Assembly: GCF_031769215.1 (NCBI RefSeq)
Contig: NW_026782466.1
Location: forward strand, 558,001 to 622,000
Length of the DNA stretch: 64,000 nt
DNA from: Ylistrum balloti
Taxonomy: Eukaryota
Direction: 5' to 3'
Part shown: one piece after another, positions 9,801-19,753 of the stretch
Numbering within the stretch: position 1 is the first letter of the stretch
How the letters are laid out: the number at the start of each line of letters is the position of its first letter
Notes under the pieces: generated by a model
What the model was told of the DNA's origin: nothing
Seen by the model: the letters and a program-made list of their open reading frames with translations, nothing else
Database searches by the model: none
Program-made: the position numbers and the translations under genes

Positions 9801-12738
9801 ACCTAGTTTGATGACCTTAAGACTTATTATCTGGTTTGATGACCTAGACTTATTACCTGGTTTGATGACCTTAAACTTATTACCTGGTCTGATGACCTTA
9901 AGACTTATTACCTGGTTTGATGACCTTAAACTTATTACCTGGTCTGATGACCTTAAGACTTATTACCTGGTTTGATGACCTTAAACTTATTACCTGGTCT
10001 GATGACCTTAAGACTTATTACCTGGTTTGATGACCTTAAACTTATTACCTGGTCTGATGACCTTAAGACTTATTACCTGGTCTGATGACCTTAAGACTTA
10101 TTACCTGGTTTGATGACCTTAAGACTTATTATCTGGTTTTATAACCTTTACTCTAATTACCTGATGAATGCCTGATGGCAATTATGGACCAAAGAGAACC
10201 TACATAATATGAAATCTGGAAAAAAAAAACGTCAAGTATTTTCCAAGAAGCAGCAATAACAAACTTTCATTGTTAAAATCCAAGATGGCCACCTGTGAGC
10301 CATTTTTTTCTTGATTACTTCCAAAATCAAAACAGCACAACTAGTAATCAGGAGACCTGTATATAAAATTTTACAGTATTTTTCAAAAAATAGTGCTAAC
10401 AAGATGGATGACAGACCAAAGACATAGGACAATTTGAATAGCCTATCATCTGATGAAGGTGAGCCAAAAAACAATGAATAAGGAAAATTACCTGTTTCCT
10501 GATCTTGACCTGCTGGACACCATCTGGTTTTGGCAAGTGTCCATGTTGCTGGTCGTTACGAATAAAAACATCATCACCCTCCTGAATCACACCAGCCCCA
10601 CAGCTGTATTGTTTCCCTCTCACAGCACAACGCCAGTACATTCTTTTCAAGTTGGCCTTTTTCCCCTGTAATTGATTTTTAGAAGAAAACTCTAGATCTA
10701 ATCCTGCGACCTATTAGAATCACAACTTTATTTTTAGGAATGATACTTTCCTTGAAAACAATTGGTATTTATTATTCAAATCTGCAGTAGAACACTCACC
10801 TTGTATCTCCCTCTTGACTTCACATTTGAAGTGCGTCGTAGTGTGTAGCCATATCCAAAGCTATCCATCAGCTTAGGAAGGCCCCGCTGTGATGCAGACT
10901 CAATCACTTCAAATGTCAAAGGTTTAGTGTATGATGCTGCTCTACAAGGGAGGAAAGTACAACTTTAAGACTGCAAAGTAAAGACTGAGAATCAATTAGT
11001 ATTACATGAAAATAGTATGTTCATCAGCAGAGGCTCAAACACTGAAGAATTTATGCATTTTTTTTTCATTAGATTTACATTTTTGTGGTTTCAGGAGAAG
11101 TGGAGAACTTAAGAGGCTAGTGTATGTGTTTAAACAGCCTTATAATGATGTACATTTCAGCATAAAATGGCACTTTAGTGCAATTAATAAGCATTTTTTT
11201 TACAAGAACAAACAACATAAAAATGAACTCTGTAAACAATGCAAGTATTGTATAATGACATAAGCATGTCAGAAGAACCTTACAAACTTTCTAGATGGGT
11301 GATATCATCCAATCACAAAAGCTGATAACTTACTGTATTGCCATAATTGACGATGCTGCTTCCATTTCTTCACCACCACCACCATTTTCACTAGAAATAC
11401 TGCAGTCCATGGGTTGGGCAGTGCTTTCATCTTCTTCTCTTTGTGGCTCTACTTTGGTGACGTTGAATTCTTGGTTGCCTACTTTAATTCGAGTAACACG
11501 GTGAGCATCTGTAGCTGTTGTATCTATCACAATACTGGAAGAAAACAAACCATACATATACATATATAGTTCTCATGGTCACAGAAGTCCTACACTCAGA
11601 TGTCAACTACATTAGTTATTACCATTTGAAAGTCTGTATAGCTTCTAATATAGAGAAATTGAAGTCAGTAATAAATATTCAAAGAAAGATTTATGAACTT
11701 AATTCAAAGCCACCTCTCTTATTTCACAATCACCATGAAGATTATGCAGCCACGACCTTGACCTACAATGTACATGAATGAAGCTGACCTTCAACTATTT
11801 CAAAAGAACAAAAGCAGTAATATTTGCATGAAGTTTCATGGAACATAGGGACATGCCAAATATTCTACTTCGAATATCATCATGAAAAGATTTTGCAATA
11901 TATATTAGCTGTGACCTTGACCTAAAATCATGATCACAGATAACTGATAATGACCTTTCACTGAGACTGAATACATAAAAAAGTTTGTTCAATTTACAAA
12001 TGGATAAAATAAATTTCATCAGAAAATGATAATCACTCTTTCTTTTGCTATGCCAGCTACAGTTAGTATAGGAGTGTCCCAAAGAAAATATGAAGATTGA
12101 AGACAGTCATGATACTGTAGTCATGTACCATAAATGTACTAGACCTAGCTTGATGTTAAAATACAATATCATGACATACATTTCTCTTCGGTATAACAAT
12201 ATATAGATATACACTTACACTTCTTCATTGACATGTTCCGGTGGTATTACTAGGTACTGCTCTTCTGTGCTGCACTCTGCTGGAGTGTTAGAATTACTGC
12301 CACTTGCCTCAAATGCCTTGGCAATCAGAGATTGGACCTTTATATATTACATAAATATGCACATTTACAAAGGCTGCCATAAAATGTTTTTCATCAATAT
12401 TGTCATACAAAGAACAGGTTAACAGTTTATAAAATTTATGTTTCAGGCTAGTAAAGCTAAAACTTTGTAGCTGATTGTAGTTTAATAGTGCATCGGCTTT
12501 ACATATAAGGTACCATATACTCAAATGACTTGTCATTGTGTAAAGAAGAAATTTAAGTCTGCAAAATAAATTCACAGTAGCTTTTGCCATATGTACCACA
12601 GTTTGTTAGAAGTGGCCATATTAGATCAACATATGTCAGCTGTCAATTACAACTTAAGCTATTGGAGAATCTCTCCAAATGCCCGATACAAAATAGAGGC
12701 AATACGATACTTACCTCTGTTGAAGCTTCAGCCTCCAT
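709..12738 (-). CDS. Multi-exon gene: FLYWCH zinc finger fused to IS630/Tc1-mariner (Sailor-like) transposase-derived HTH domains and a putative degenerate DDE domain (domesticated chimeric transposase)
   Basis: Eight phase-consistent GT-AG exons (12715-12738, 12219-12337, 11334-11534, 10800-10941, 10492-10665, 8795-8968, 7162-7267, 5882/5886-6090) give an uninterrupted 382-aa ORF if read to the TAA at 5882. A further putative micro-exon chain runs down to 709. The 5' eight exons are well supported; the 3' extent is less certain. Confidence 0.8.
1153..3313 (-). CDS. Putative micro-exon chain for a degenerate DDE core: 3246-3313, 3038-3070, 2797-2864, 2699-2751, 1867-1901, 1554-1578, 1442-1483, 1382-1400, 1153-1200
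   Basis: All are AG/GT-bounded and phase-consistent (0-2, 2-2, 2-1, 1-0, 0-2, 2-0, 0-0, 0-1, 1-1). The peptide includes ARLLIF..G, ENVFPMVQAGTIYIV, QLQCWF and KYTINENLNKHVFGVIL, in the order of the Sailor-type motifs RLII..G, EKLIPNLPPNSVLVID, MQ.WL and KY.ID.I...HGH.VL. Some donors are weak, one intron is only 45 nt, and manual overfitting is possible. Confidence 0.45.
2020..2328. repeat. Minisatellite, 32-bp unit (TTACAGTCTCAGACTTAAGTCRGTATGCTACC), about 9-10 copies
   Basis: TACAG recurs at 2021 and 2053; each unit contains the palindrome GACTTAAGTC. Confidence 0.95.
3526..3872 (-). mobile_element. Decayed HINE (Helentron non-autonomous element)
   Basis: Left end AACAAGAGGCCAATAGGGTCTGTGATGCTCACCTG is Box2-like; degenerate right end ACTCAAAGTGATCTAAA; satellite-like interior. 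Confidence 0.6.
3858..3971 (-). CDS. Candidate exon for the first catalytic strand (LWVYEESLMELTPSTGTFGDALIPLS), donor unresolved
   Basis: catacag acceptor and 37 open codons. LWVYEES resembles IVY.DET and TFGD resembles SWSD. No good donor was found before the stop, and the segment abuts a HINE. Confidence 0.35.
   Translation of the reverse strand: MWVYEESLMELTPSTGTFGDALIPLSATFLLLIFRSL
3975..4410. repeat. Degenerate ~60-bp tandem repeat (core TACATTTCAGCATCTCC...ACTTCA...CACATGTCTA)
   Basis: TACATTTCAGCA recurs at about 58-60-bp spacing, then at about double spacing. Confidence 0.8.
4706..5336 (-). CDS. Three putative micro-exons: 5322-5336 (15 nt), 5079-5091 (13 nt), 4706-4738 (33 nt), encoding QAPGSVDNKKVVHKKPEVIKL
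   Basis: Sites are accacag|...|gtgagt, atccag|...|gtagaa and ctgtttcag|...|gtgaga, with consistent phases (2-2, 2-0, 0-0). The peptide resembles the remembered linker GF.Y.K..NRK.L.E..DI that follows the winged HTH in this family. Confidence 0.5.
5882..6090 (-). CDS. Coding exon, second (winged) HTH (EDAIIDVLEDL...FTTVNVRSAL...ISQVVLGRTLRKLGY); ends at TAA 5882-5884 or splices at 5886
   Basis: aaaatatcag acceptor in phase 1. T...L..L.....S...L.R.L.K.G[FY] winged-HTH pattern. The terminal sequence CAGTAAGT is both a stop codon and a consensus donor. Confidence 0.85.
6200..6450. repeat. Degenerate ~50-bp tandem repeat (AAAAAATTG..GACAACCTGTGTACAAGAAAGGC), about 5 copies
   Basis: TGTACAAGAA recurs at about 50-bp intervals; this explains ORFs 6103-6462 and 6272-6523. 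Confidence 0.85.
7162..7267 (-). CDS. Coding exon, first HTH of an IS630/Tc1-like (Sailor-type) transposase (SLLQNVFQYFQNEERAGAVSNLNNPMKRLSEAS)
   Basis: ttgtacag acceptor, G|gtaaat donor, phase 0 to 1, bridging the flanking exons. Matches the remembered pattern I..NVY.F...E..G....L.....R.AEATGVS. Confidence 0.83.
7703..8716 (-). mobile_element. HINE (Helentron non-autonomous element) with internal 145-bp satellite-like repeats
   Basis: Box2-like AAGACGGCCACTGGGCCTGCATCGCTCACCTG at left. Box1-like ...GACGGACGAC...CTCACTTGGCTCTTTGGGTCAGGTGAACTAG at right, with sub-terminal inverted CTCACCTG/CAGGTGAA. Three units start at 8245, 8390 and 8535. Confidence 0.85.
8795..8968 (-). CDS. Coding exon, MULE-type post-FLYWCH helical region (VKLLAQQN...SNLVRTANRIREKM)
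   Basis: cacacag acceptor, ACT|gtaagt donor, 174 nt, phase 0 to 0. NL.R.ANR.R resembles the segment that follows FLYWCH in MULE transposases. Confidence 0.88.
9244..10148. repeat. Minisatellite, 27-28-bp unit (GACTTATTACCTGGTTTGATGACCTTAA), about 32 copies
   Basis: Directly visible tandem array in the intron between the FLYWCH and post-FLYWCH exons. Confidence 0.97.
10492..10665 (-). CDS. Coding exon, C-terminal half of FLYWCH domain (MYWRCAVRGKQYSCGAGV...FIRNDQQHGH)
   Basis: ttacag acceptor, CAG|gtaatt donor, 174 nt, phase 0 to 0. Contains YWRC-x8-C...H-x-H zinc ligands. Confidence 0.92.
10800..10941 (-). CDS. Coding exon, N-terminal half of FLYWCH domain (LTFEVIESASQRGLPKLMDSFGYGYTLRR...)
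   Basis: cccttgtag acceptor, AAG|gtgagt donor, phase 2 to 0. The S.RG..KL.D..GY.Y pattern is typical of FLYWCH domains in animal MULE transposases. Confidence 0.9.
11334..11534 (-). CDS. Coding exon, acidic/disordered linker (IVIDTTATDAHRVTRIKVG...EEMEAASSIMAI)
   Basis: tttcttccag acceptor, CA|gtaagt donor, 201 nt, phase 2 to 2; lies inside ORF 11330-11563. Confidence 0.88.
11750..11945. repeat. Remnant of a GACCTTGACC-type bivalve satellite/HINE interior
   Basis: Two GACCTTGACC motifs and TGCATGAAGTTTCATG, typical of HINE-borne satellite monomers. Confidence 0.45.
12219..12337 (-). CDS. Coding exon VQSLIAKAFEASGSNSNTPAECSTEEQYLVIPPEHVNEE
   Basis: aag|GTC acceptor, GT|gtaagt donor, 119 nt, phase 0 to 2, open frame. 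Confidence 0.85.
12715..12738 (-). CDS. First coding segment MEAEASTE (exon about 12715-12770)
   Basis: Acceptor tgttttacag, ATG in AAAATGG context, donor GAG|gtaagt, phase 0 matching the next exon. Confidence 0.75.
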
Positions 12739-14278
12739 TTTCTATCAATAACTATAGCCTGTTTTAGTTTCTGTAAAACACAACACAAAAAGTATATAGC
12801 AAACAATTAAATCTCATCTAGTTTGTTTTACTCAAATTAATTTGGGGTACTGTATTTAGTCAAATGACTGTGTATAGGTGAATTAAAATTTTCGGTAATT
12901 GCCATGATTATGATTATTAGAATTTAACTCCTCCAATTATATATACATGATTCACCAAATTATTCTTGATCGATATTTCATAAATCATATAAATTTCTAT
13001 TTAGATGCCGATGGAATCATTGTCAACCAAATTAAAACCAAATGAAGCCTCAATTCAAGTTGTCTATACACAGATTTGTTAGCTTGTAATCACTGGGTTT
13101 TTATGCAATGAATAACCAGGGTGAACAACTGAGCTGGGTCTCAGACTCTCCTGTTAGTAACAAATGGCCATTTATTACTGAACAACAACAGTAGTAGGAT
13201 TGAAACATCCTCCCATTGGATACACAAAACAGCTCCGAAAGTATGGTCCCATTTGGATACATTAAAGTGTTTTGCCCAATCATGACAGCACTGAATGATC
13301 CATAATTTCTCAAGACATAAACAAAGCGCAAATTACCAAGGATCAAACCAAACACCTTGGAATTCATCACACAAGTTTTCAAAAGCTGATTAGCTGTATA
13401 ATTTTTTTGAGTAGCAGGTGAAATTGATCTTTACTGCAAAAGGTTGCAAGTTTGAGCACTATTAAGGGATATGTCATTTTGTATCGCCTATTCCTTCATA
13501 TTACACACTTGACTAGTAACATTAACAAATGGGAATTATCTCCTATTTTGAAAACAGAAGTATATTAGTATAATATGTAATACAGTGGGTACTGCAACAC
13601 ACTATATTTGTCACACGAGACACAGATTTCTGGTTATAACTTAATCAAGGGAGGTCATTAAATTATCCTGCATCAAGGAATATCTACAATACCGCCGAGC
13701 GAAGGGCAACTCATGTAAAAATGATTACTTCTAAACAAGGAGTGTTCCCACTTCCACAACAATTAGTTTAGAAAGCAAGACTTGTTTTATATACACGAAC
13801 AATGAGCGATTCTGTGTATAATAAAGAGATATTTACCATATCGGATGGAGAAAAAAAACAATTCAAGTCTACAGTATACTAACCTAGCTATGATTGTTAT
13901 TATTGATTAACCAGCTTTGTCATCTGTATATATCTGCCTACGCTTATCATTTTTTATGGCAAGTTACTTGATGGATCAATTCAAACTTCTGATATCCAGT
14001 AACATCCCTTTAAAGTATTGTCAACATTGCAATAACGTCCAAAAAGATTTATTTCGCGAGACAAATTCAACATAACACTCATAAAAACATAAACATGCCC
14101 GATTTGACTGTCAATCGCGGAAAGTCAACTCGTGTAACGGCAAGGTCCATTCGCCAAGTACGACATATAGCACTTATAGCGACAAAATTTCACCAGCATA
14201 TAATTTCTTCCATATAATCGAATACGTTGTTACAGATAATAGTTTCTGTGAGTTGCATTTCTCTTAATGATAACTTAC

Positions 14279-14395
14279 CGTCACAATATCAGAAGAAACA
14301 AATGTGCGAAATGTCTTCGAACGAATTGACTAATGGATGCGCGCCTCGTTTCGGAGATTAAAAGCGTCTCAGGGACTGCGATTTTGGCGGGATTG
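14279..14395 (-). promoter_or_regulatory. Putative non-coding first exon (donor at 14278) and CpG-rich promoter with E2F-like site TTTTGGCGGGA (14382-14392)
   Basis: Donor ACG|gtaagt on the minus strand, local CpG enrichment, GCGCGC and E2F-type motifs just upstream. Confidence 0.55.
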
Positions 14396-14888
14396 CACGG
14401 TGTTTTAGGAAAATGTATACTTTATCGAATAGACCCAGTGCGAATTGATTCATTTCATTCAATAATCTTTGTTTAAAAATGAAGCGTAAAACAGAGACGT
14501 ATTTGTGTTATATATACCCGTCGATGTCTCTGGTAAAGGAAGTAGATTAATTTGTATTTAGTGTTAATGCGACCTGATACATTATTATATGAACTAAAAT
14601 CTTCTTCAGTAAGATACAAAAATGTAGTGCAAAATGATATGTATTTAACCCAGTTGAGTTTAATGATTTTTGTCGTCCACTTTTGTTTCAACAACTTATA
14701 GAATAGTAGAAATAAATTCTTTGTGGACAACTCGCTCTTTCTTCTATGTGTAAAAAACATTATAAAAGAATATCCCCTACTCTGAAAATGCATTAATGAT
14801 ACATTCACGGACTTTGATATACCCAAGTCCGTGGTCAAATAACCTACGAATAGAAATTTCCCTAAAAACGACGAAAATTTTATAATGT

Positions 14889-14930
14889 CAGGGGCGTAGC
14901 TTCCATAGGAAGAAAAAGCTCGGGCTTACA
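14889..14930 (+). mobile_element. Solo MITE terminus (CAGGGGCGTAGC...)
   Basis: Resembles a common invertebrate MITE terminal repeat; no matching right end seen. Confidence 0.35.
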
Positions 14931-15651
14931 CGTATAAATATCCGTGCATATAGTATGTCGGACAAAATTACAAAACTAAGATTGAAAATAAATATCTAAT
15001 ATTTTTGATAAATAAAAAAAATATAAATATAAAATTGTTGAATAACTAGGCCTAGTGCATTGCTTTCCGGAACTTTATACACGTCATCCTATTCTACTTC
15101 TTACTATCATTTCAGTGTTTCCGATTATAATGTTATTAAAGCGCAAATTTTCAAACAAGTGTCTGGATTACAGTATAGTACAAAATCAATCATACATTTA
15201 TCTTAGAAATCATGGTGTATGGATACACATTTCGTGTGACTTTATAAAGGTACCGAAGTTTTACAAAAGGAAAACACAGTGATAAGTCTCTTGTAATGTA
15301 ATGTATCATATTTAGATTTAGCGCAAGGTGCCCGCAAAGTCGTCTCATTAAATATCTGTTGCATTCATTTTGAAGCTTGGTCTTTTTCAGTGTATCGTAC
15401 ACATTTTCACCATGATTAACATGATGATAACACGGGCTTTGATATATGTACATTTAATTCCGTGATAATTTCGATTTGAAAATTACCCATGGTGTAAAAT
15501 TTTTCATGCAGTTACTTGTAGTTATAACTTTCAAAATCGCTCTTTGTCTTATTCAAAACACCATATTGTACACATGTAAATACGGAAGCCTGCTAGTGCC
15601 ACTGGTGGAAACTATATTATGTGGCAGCCATCTTTTTTTTTTAAATTATGT

Positions 15652-15770
15652 AAATGAATTATGAATATGTAGAAATGAATTATGGATATATAGAAATGAA
15701 TTATGGATATATAGAAATGAATTATGAATATCTCGAAATGAATTATGAATATCCAGAAATGAAGTATATA
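15652..15770. repeat. 21-bp tandem repeat (ATGAATTATGGATATATAGAA), about 6 copies
   Basis: GAAATG recurs at 15672, 15693 and 15714. Confidence 0.9.
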
Positions 15771-16584
15771 AATATTTGAAAGGAAATTATGGATATCAAT
15801 AAATCGATTTATATTAGTGCCTTTCAGATGGGATACTCAACAAAGTACCTGCGAGACAAAGCTGGATGCTTTAGAACAATATTTTTTCTGCAAGGGCCAA
15901 TCAGGTTCATACCAGGCCAATCACTTAGTCAATTGAATAAATACTTGATAGTATTTTGCATAAAGGATCCTTATTTCTGTAATATACTTAATAAAGTAAG
16001 CATTTTATCATAAAACAAGTGACGTAATAGAATGTAACATGATACGTTCCTGGTCTGACAAATAAATTGCTGACATGGTTAGAAAACTATTTATTTCAAA
16101 TTTATTGTCTGTCTGTGGTTTTATAAAAGCTGAATTTACCGGCTTCCGTCTTTGGTCCACCTGTAATTGTTTATTTATAACGGACGACACAGTTCTTCAT
16201 TTATGAATACATTCAATTTTGTTTAGATGCAAATTATCGTAAATAAATACAGCAACTTCAAGAAACCGAAAAATCATGGGCATCCTGTTTTAATCCCAGT
16301 AATTCAGAATTTATTTTCATCACAAATGTAACCAGATTTCAATGTGTTTCTGAAATAGAAGAATCGTAACTTGTTTTTAAAATCTGTGATTGTCATACTT
16401 TAGACATTTAGGCGTTGCTTTTAATACTGAAGGTATATGATCAGATAACTTTAATCCTATCCTCAAGCTTAAATTTTCACTTACATCGAAAAACCTTAAA
16501 AGTTAAATGAACCAACTGTTCAGAGTTCATGCTTTCCATCTGGAATTTAGAATCAAAATATGGATGATTTTTTTATCAGGGTTT

Positions 16585-16650
16585 ATATCACAGTTAGTAA
16601 AACGTTAGTTGTGTTATCCTAGGTTGCATGTTCGACCCCTCCGGCACAAG
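16585..16650 (+). mobile_element. Decayed tRNA-derived SINE head
   Basis: A-box-like CAGTTAGTAAAACG followed at tRNA-like spacing by a B-box GTTCGACCC; no intact cloverleaf. Confidence 0.45.
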
Positions 16651-17647
16651 TTGTCGTAAACTTTAAGCTAAGATCTGTAATTTCATTTTCGATGAATTAT
16701 GTGGAACCTTGGGGTGACAGGTGCACAAACGCCATATCATCAATTTAAAGTATAAGTGTTTGCTATCCGCAGCTTATCAGACGGATATTAAAACATCACA
16801 GGTGGATTGTCATACATGTTTAACACAAGAAAATAAAGCCACTTTGCTTAAGCAACAAAACGTTGTTTACAACGACTTACCTCCCTTCCTACCTTACCTC
16901 GTTCATTTACGAGCGATTGGTAGGATCATTGAATGTGTGCCTTCCAAAGTCAGTGTGGCGTTGGTGTAAATAACGGGGAATAAATTAAGGTAACTTGAAA
17001 ACACAGGGAACGTAATTTTTTAGATTCTATCTATTTCAAAAGTGATTTCATAAAATAACAAGCGCACACACATGGAGTGAAAATTAAGATATTTAACGAT
17101 TACAGACTCGCTTCTAAACGTAAGATGGGAGAATATTTAGAATAATGAAAGAGCAAATTCTGTTGGATACGAGCTCGGATGATCAATCAAAACTAACAGA
17201 AAATTCATTCACATGTTTGTACGTAAACTCTTTTAAATATGCTTACCTGCTTGTAATCTTTAAAAATGTCACCAATTAGGTAATTTCTTTAATATTTATT
17301 TCATATATGGCAATGTACTTGGAACTCTCTAGTGATGGATATACATGTTTTAGTAAGGAACATGCATCCTTAAACACCTGTCATTGACCAGAATCATTCA
17401 TCGTAGATTACTACTGCCTTCAAAGTCTATTGAATTCCTGAAATCTAGTCACACGAAAATCACATTTGTTCACACAAATCTCAAATCTTTACCGGTGCCG
17501 TTGTAAGCTATACACATTTAAGTACATTTCTATTTACCAGACAAAACAAGGAAAGAAAATCAATTTCAAACAGCGATGAGTCCATTCAGGGTTTAACTAA
17601 CACAAACATTTATTTTCAATGAAATGTTTGGTCAAATTCACTGTCAA

Positions 17648-17704
17648 TATATAAAAGAACATCGCGAGTTTGGGATTAAATCTCATCAGAATGCTACTAT
17701 AAAG
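17648..17704 (+). promoter_or_regulatory. Candidate TATA boxes (TATATAAAAG 17648-17657; TATAAAG 17698-17704) upstream of the FAM89/LURAP-like gene
   Basis: Motif match and position about 0.7 kb upstream of the first coding exon; weak evidence in AT-rich DNA. Confidence 0.3.
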
Positions 17705-18420
17705 GGTGATGGATTTAAACGTGAATACTGCTCTTGAAGAACTAAATGACGGGTGCGAAATGGCTATCCCCAAGTGGAGCGTTAAACAACTTAACATCCA
17801 CACGTTGAGGGGATGTCTGTAGATGTTTATTTACATAGGAACTTCTATAATGTATTCTGGTCAGGACAAAATAGAGTTCATAAGTATTTTAATTGGTCCT
17901 CGGGATGGCCCCTCGGGACGCATGCAGTACGCCATGATGTATTGCTGAGAGCGTTAAGCCATTCTGTGATTTTACATGGGAGAATTTCATTATTAGCATG
18001 CGACATTAATGTAAACTGCCATGTTCTGTATTTTTATAAATGTAAATAATGACAAGTGGGATTTAAGTGGATAAATAGTATATACTTGCTTTCTCCTGTA
18101 AGGGTATAATATATTGGTGTCTGACACGCAGCTGTCATTAATTTCGGGTGAAAGAGCCATTGACAAAAGCCTTCGAGACTTGGAACTATTCATGTTACAT
18201 AACAACAATACATGTACCCTAACGGACCCGCCGCTACACGCTGTATACATGCAGATGTTTGATGGATCAACTTGATTACAGGTTGGAGAAGTGAAACACC
18301 TTCGAAAAACAAGTTCATTTGGATGGGACCCTGTTGTTAAGGACTAAAAAGTATTGTGTCTCCTTCTGACCCCTCACGGGTGCCGAGCCTGAACTGTCTG
18401 TTGCCCCATGGGATTCCTAG

Positions 18421-18468
18421 ATGAGTACAATTATGGATATTCTGCTACATCAACTGAGAGACGAAGTG
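18421..18468 (+). CDS. FAM89-like: First coding exon of the FAM89/LURAP-family gene: MSTIMDILLHQLRDEV
   Basis: Strong donor GTG|gtaagt in phase 0. Joined to 43889 it gives LLHQLRDEV|VDLRTQSSELTRQMWLLYVTFEDF, matching FAM89 [32 protein letters not shown]. As I recall, vertebrate FAM89 has an intron at the same position. The start is ATG 18421 (in-frame TAG just before it) or ATG 18433 (better Kozak). Confidence 0.8.
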
Positions 18469-18488
18469 GTAAGTTTAGACAATGCCAC

Positions 18489-18542
18489 CGTCGGAAACCC
18501 ACGAGACTCTCTTCTGCCGTTAAGTCTCGTCGGTTTCCGACG
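18489..18542 (+). other. Near-perfect hairpin (19 Watson-Crick pairs, one C-C mismatch, 14-nt loop) 20 nt downstream of the exon-1 donor
   Basis: CGTCGGAAACC-C-ACGAGACT pairs with AGTCTCGT-C-GGTTTCCGACG. Confidence 0.85.
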
Positions 18543-19753
18543 ATGAAATAATGCTTGCAAACTGGGTTCTGCAGAGGAAACGTCTGGTCTCGCAATGGAT
18601 TCATTGCTTTACTCTGGCATGTCCTGTTGACGAAAGCTTTGGTGATATGCTTTACTAACATCCGAAAATTATATATAAAAGATATATACACATATATATA
18701 TATTGATAATAAATGGTACAATATGTACGTATGTGACAAGTGAACTAAATGTATGCCTATTTATTACTGTGATTTCATTTCGCACAGTTGCCCATCCTGC
18801 CATGGGGTACGTGGCTCCAACCGTATCTAAATCTTCTCATTCAGAAAATCTAAATCACCATTCTCGATAACGTGTCTTCCTATGAACAATATTCATTGTA
18901 AACATTAATAAAATTATTAAAATAATTTCCCTCATTTGTCATCCCAAAACGATCTTATTGCGGTTATATGACAACTAGTTTAAAAATTTCGAGTTTTCTG
19001 CTTTGTACAGATTGGGGTAAAAAGCAAATGTTTAACCTATAAAAAATGCACGTATATTTTAACAAAACAGTCTACCTGAAGATCTTCAGATGAGATATGT
19101 GATGAACCCCCCGTCTCAGGTGCCGAAATCATCTCTCAGATATGAATATTTCTGCGTGGTCGCTCCTGCTGCTTTGATCTTTGTGTTCAAGGAACCGTGA
19201 AATGCTTGTCTATGTAGCGTTTTAATAAGGTTTTTGTGATAAGTATGTTCGTTTCAAGCTATATCATCTTCATGTTGTGTGAGGGGAATAATTTTGAGCG
19301 CTATTAAAATTACGAAAAAGGGAGAAAATCTGGGTTATGATAGTAATCTTATCTTCGTGTCTATTCAGTGAATGTAGAAAGATAATTTACCAATCCATCA
19401 CCAAGTCTTTACATCCGATCGAGACAGATAGTTCATATAAACACGACTCATCTCTGCACAACATCTGGTTTTCTCTTTATTGTTGTGAAATCAGAGAATT
19501 TTCAACTCTAAGGGTCGTACCTGTGTATAAATCTTTGCACTTACAAAACTTAGCTATGCATATCCTATACATCAATGACAATTGATTACAACTTTTTCAC
19601 GGGAAGATCCGTGTGACTTAAGGGTGTATGCTATGTGTACAACAAACTATTGAACACATGTTTACACCTGTCACCACTGTAGTTAGACTATATTAACGCA
19701 AATCCGTCATTTTGAAAGCTTAGTGTATATTGTATACATTAAAACTGAAAATA

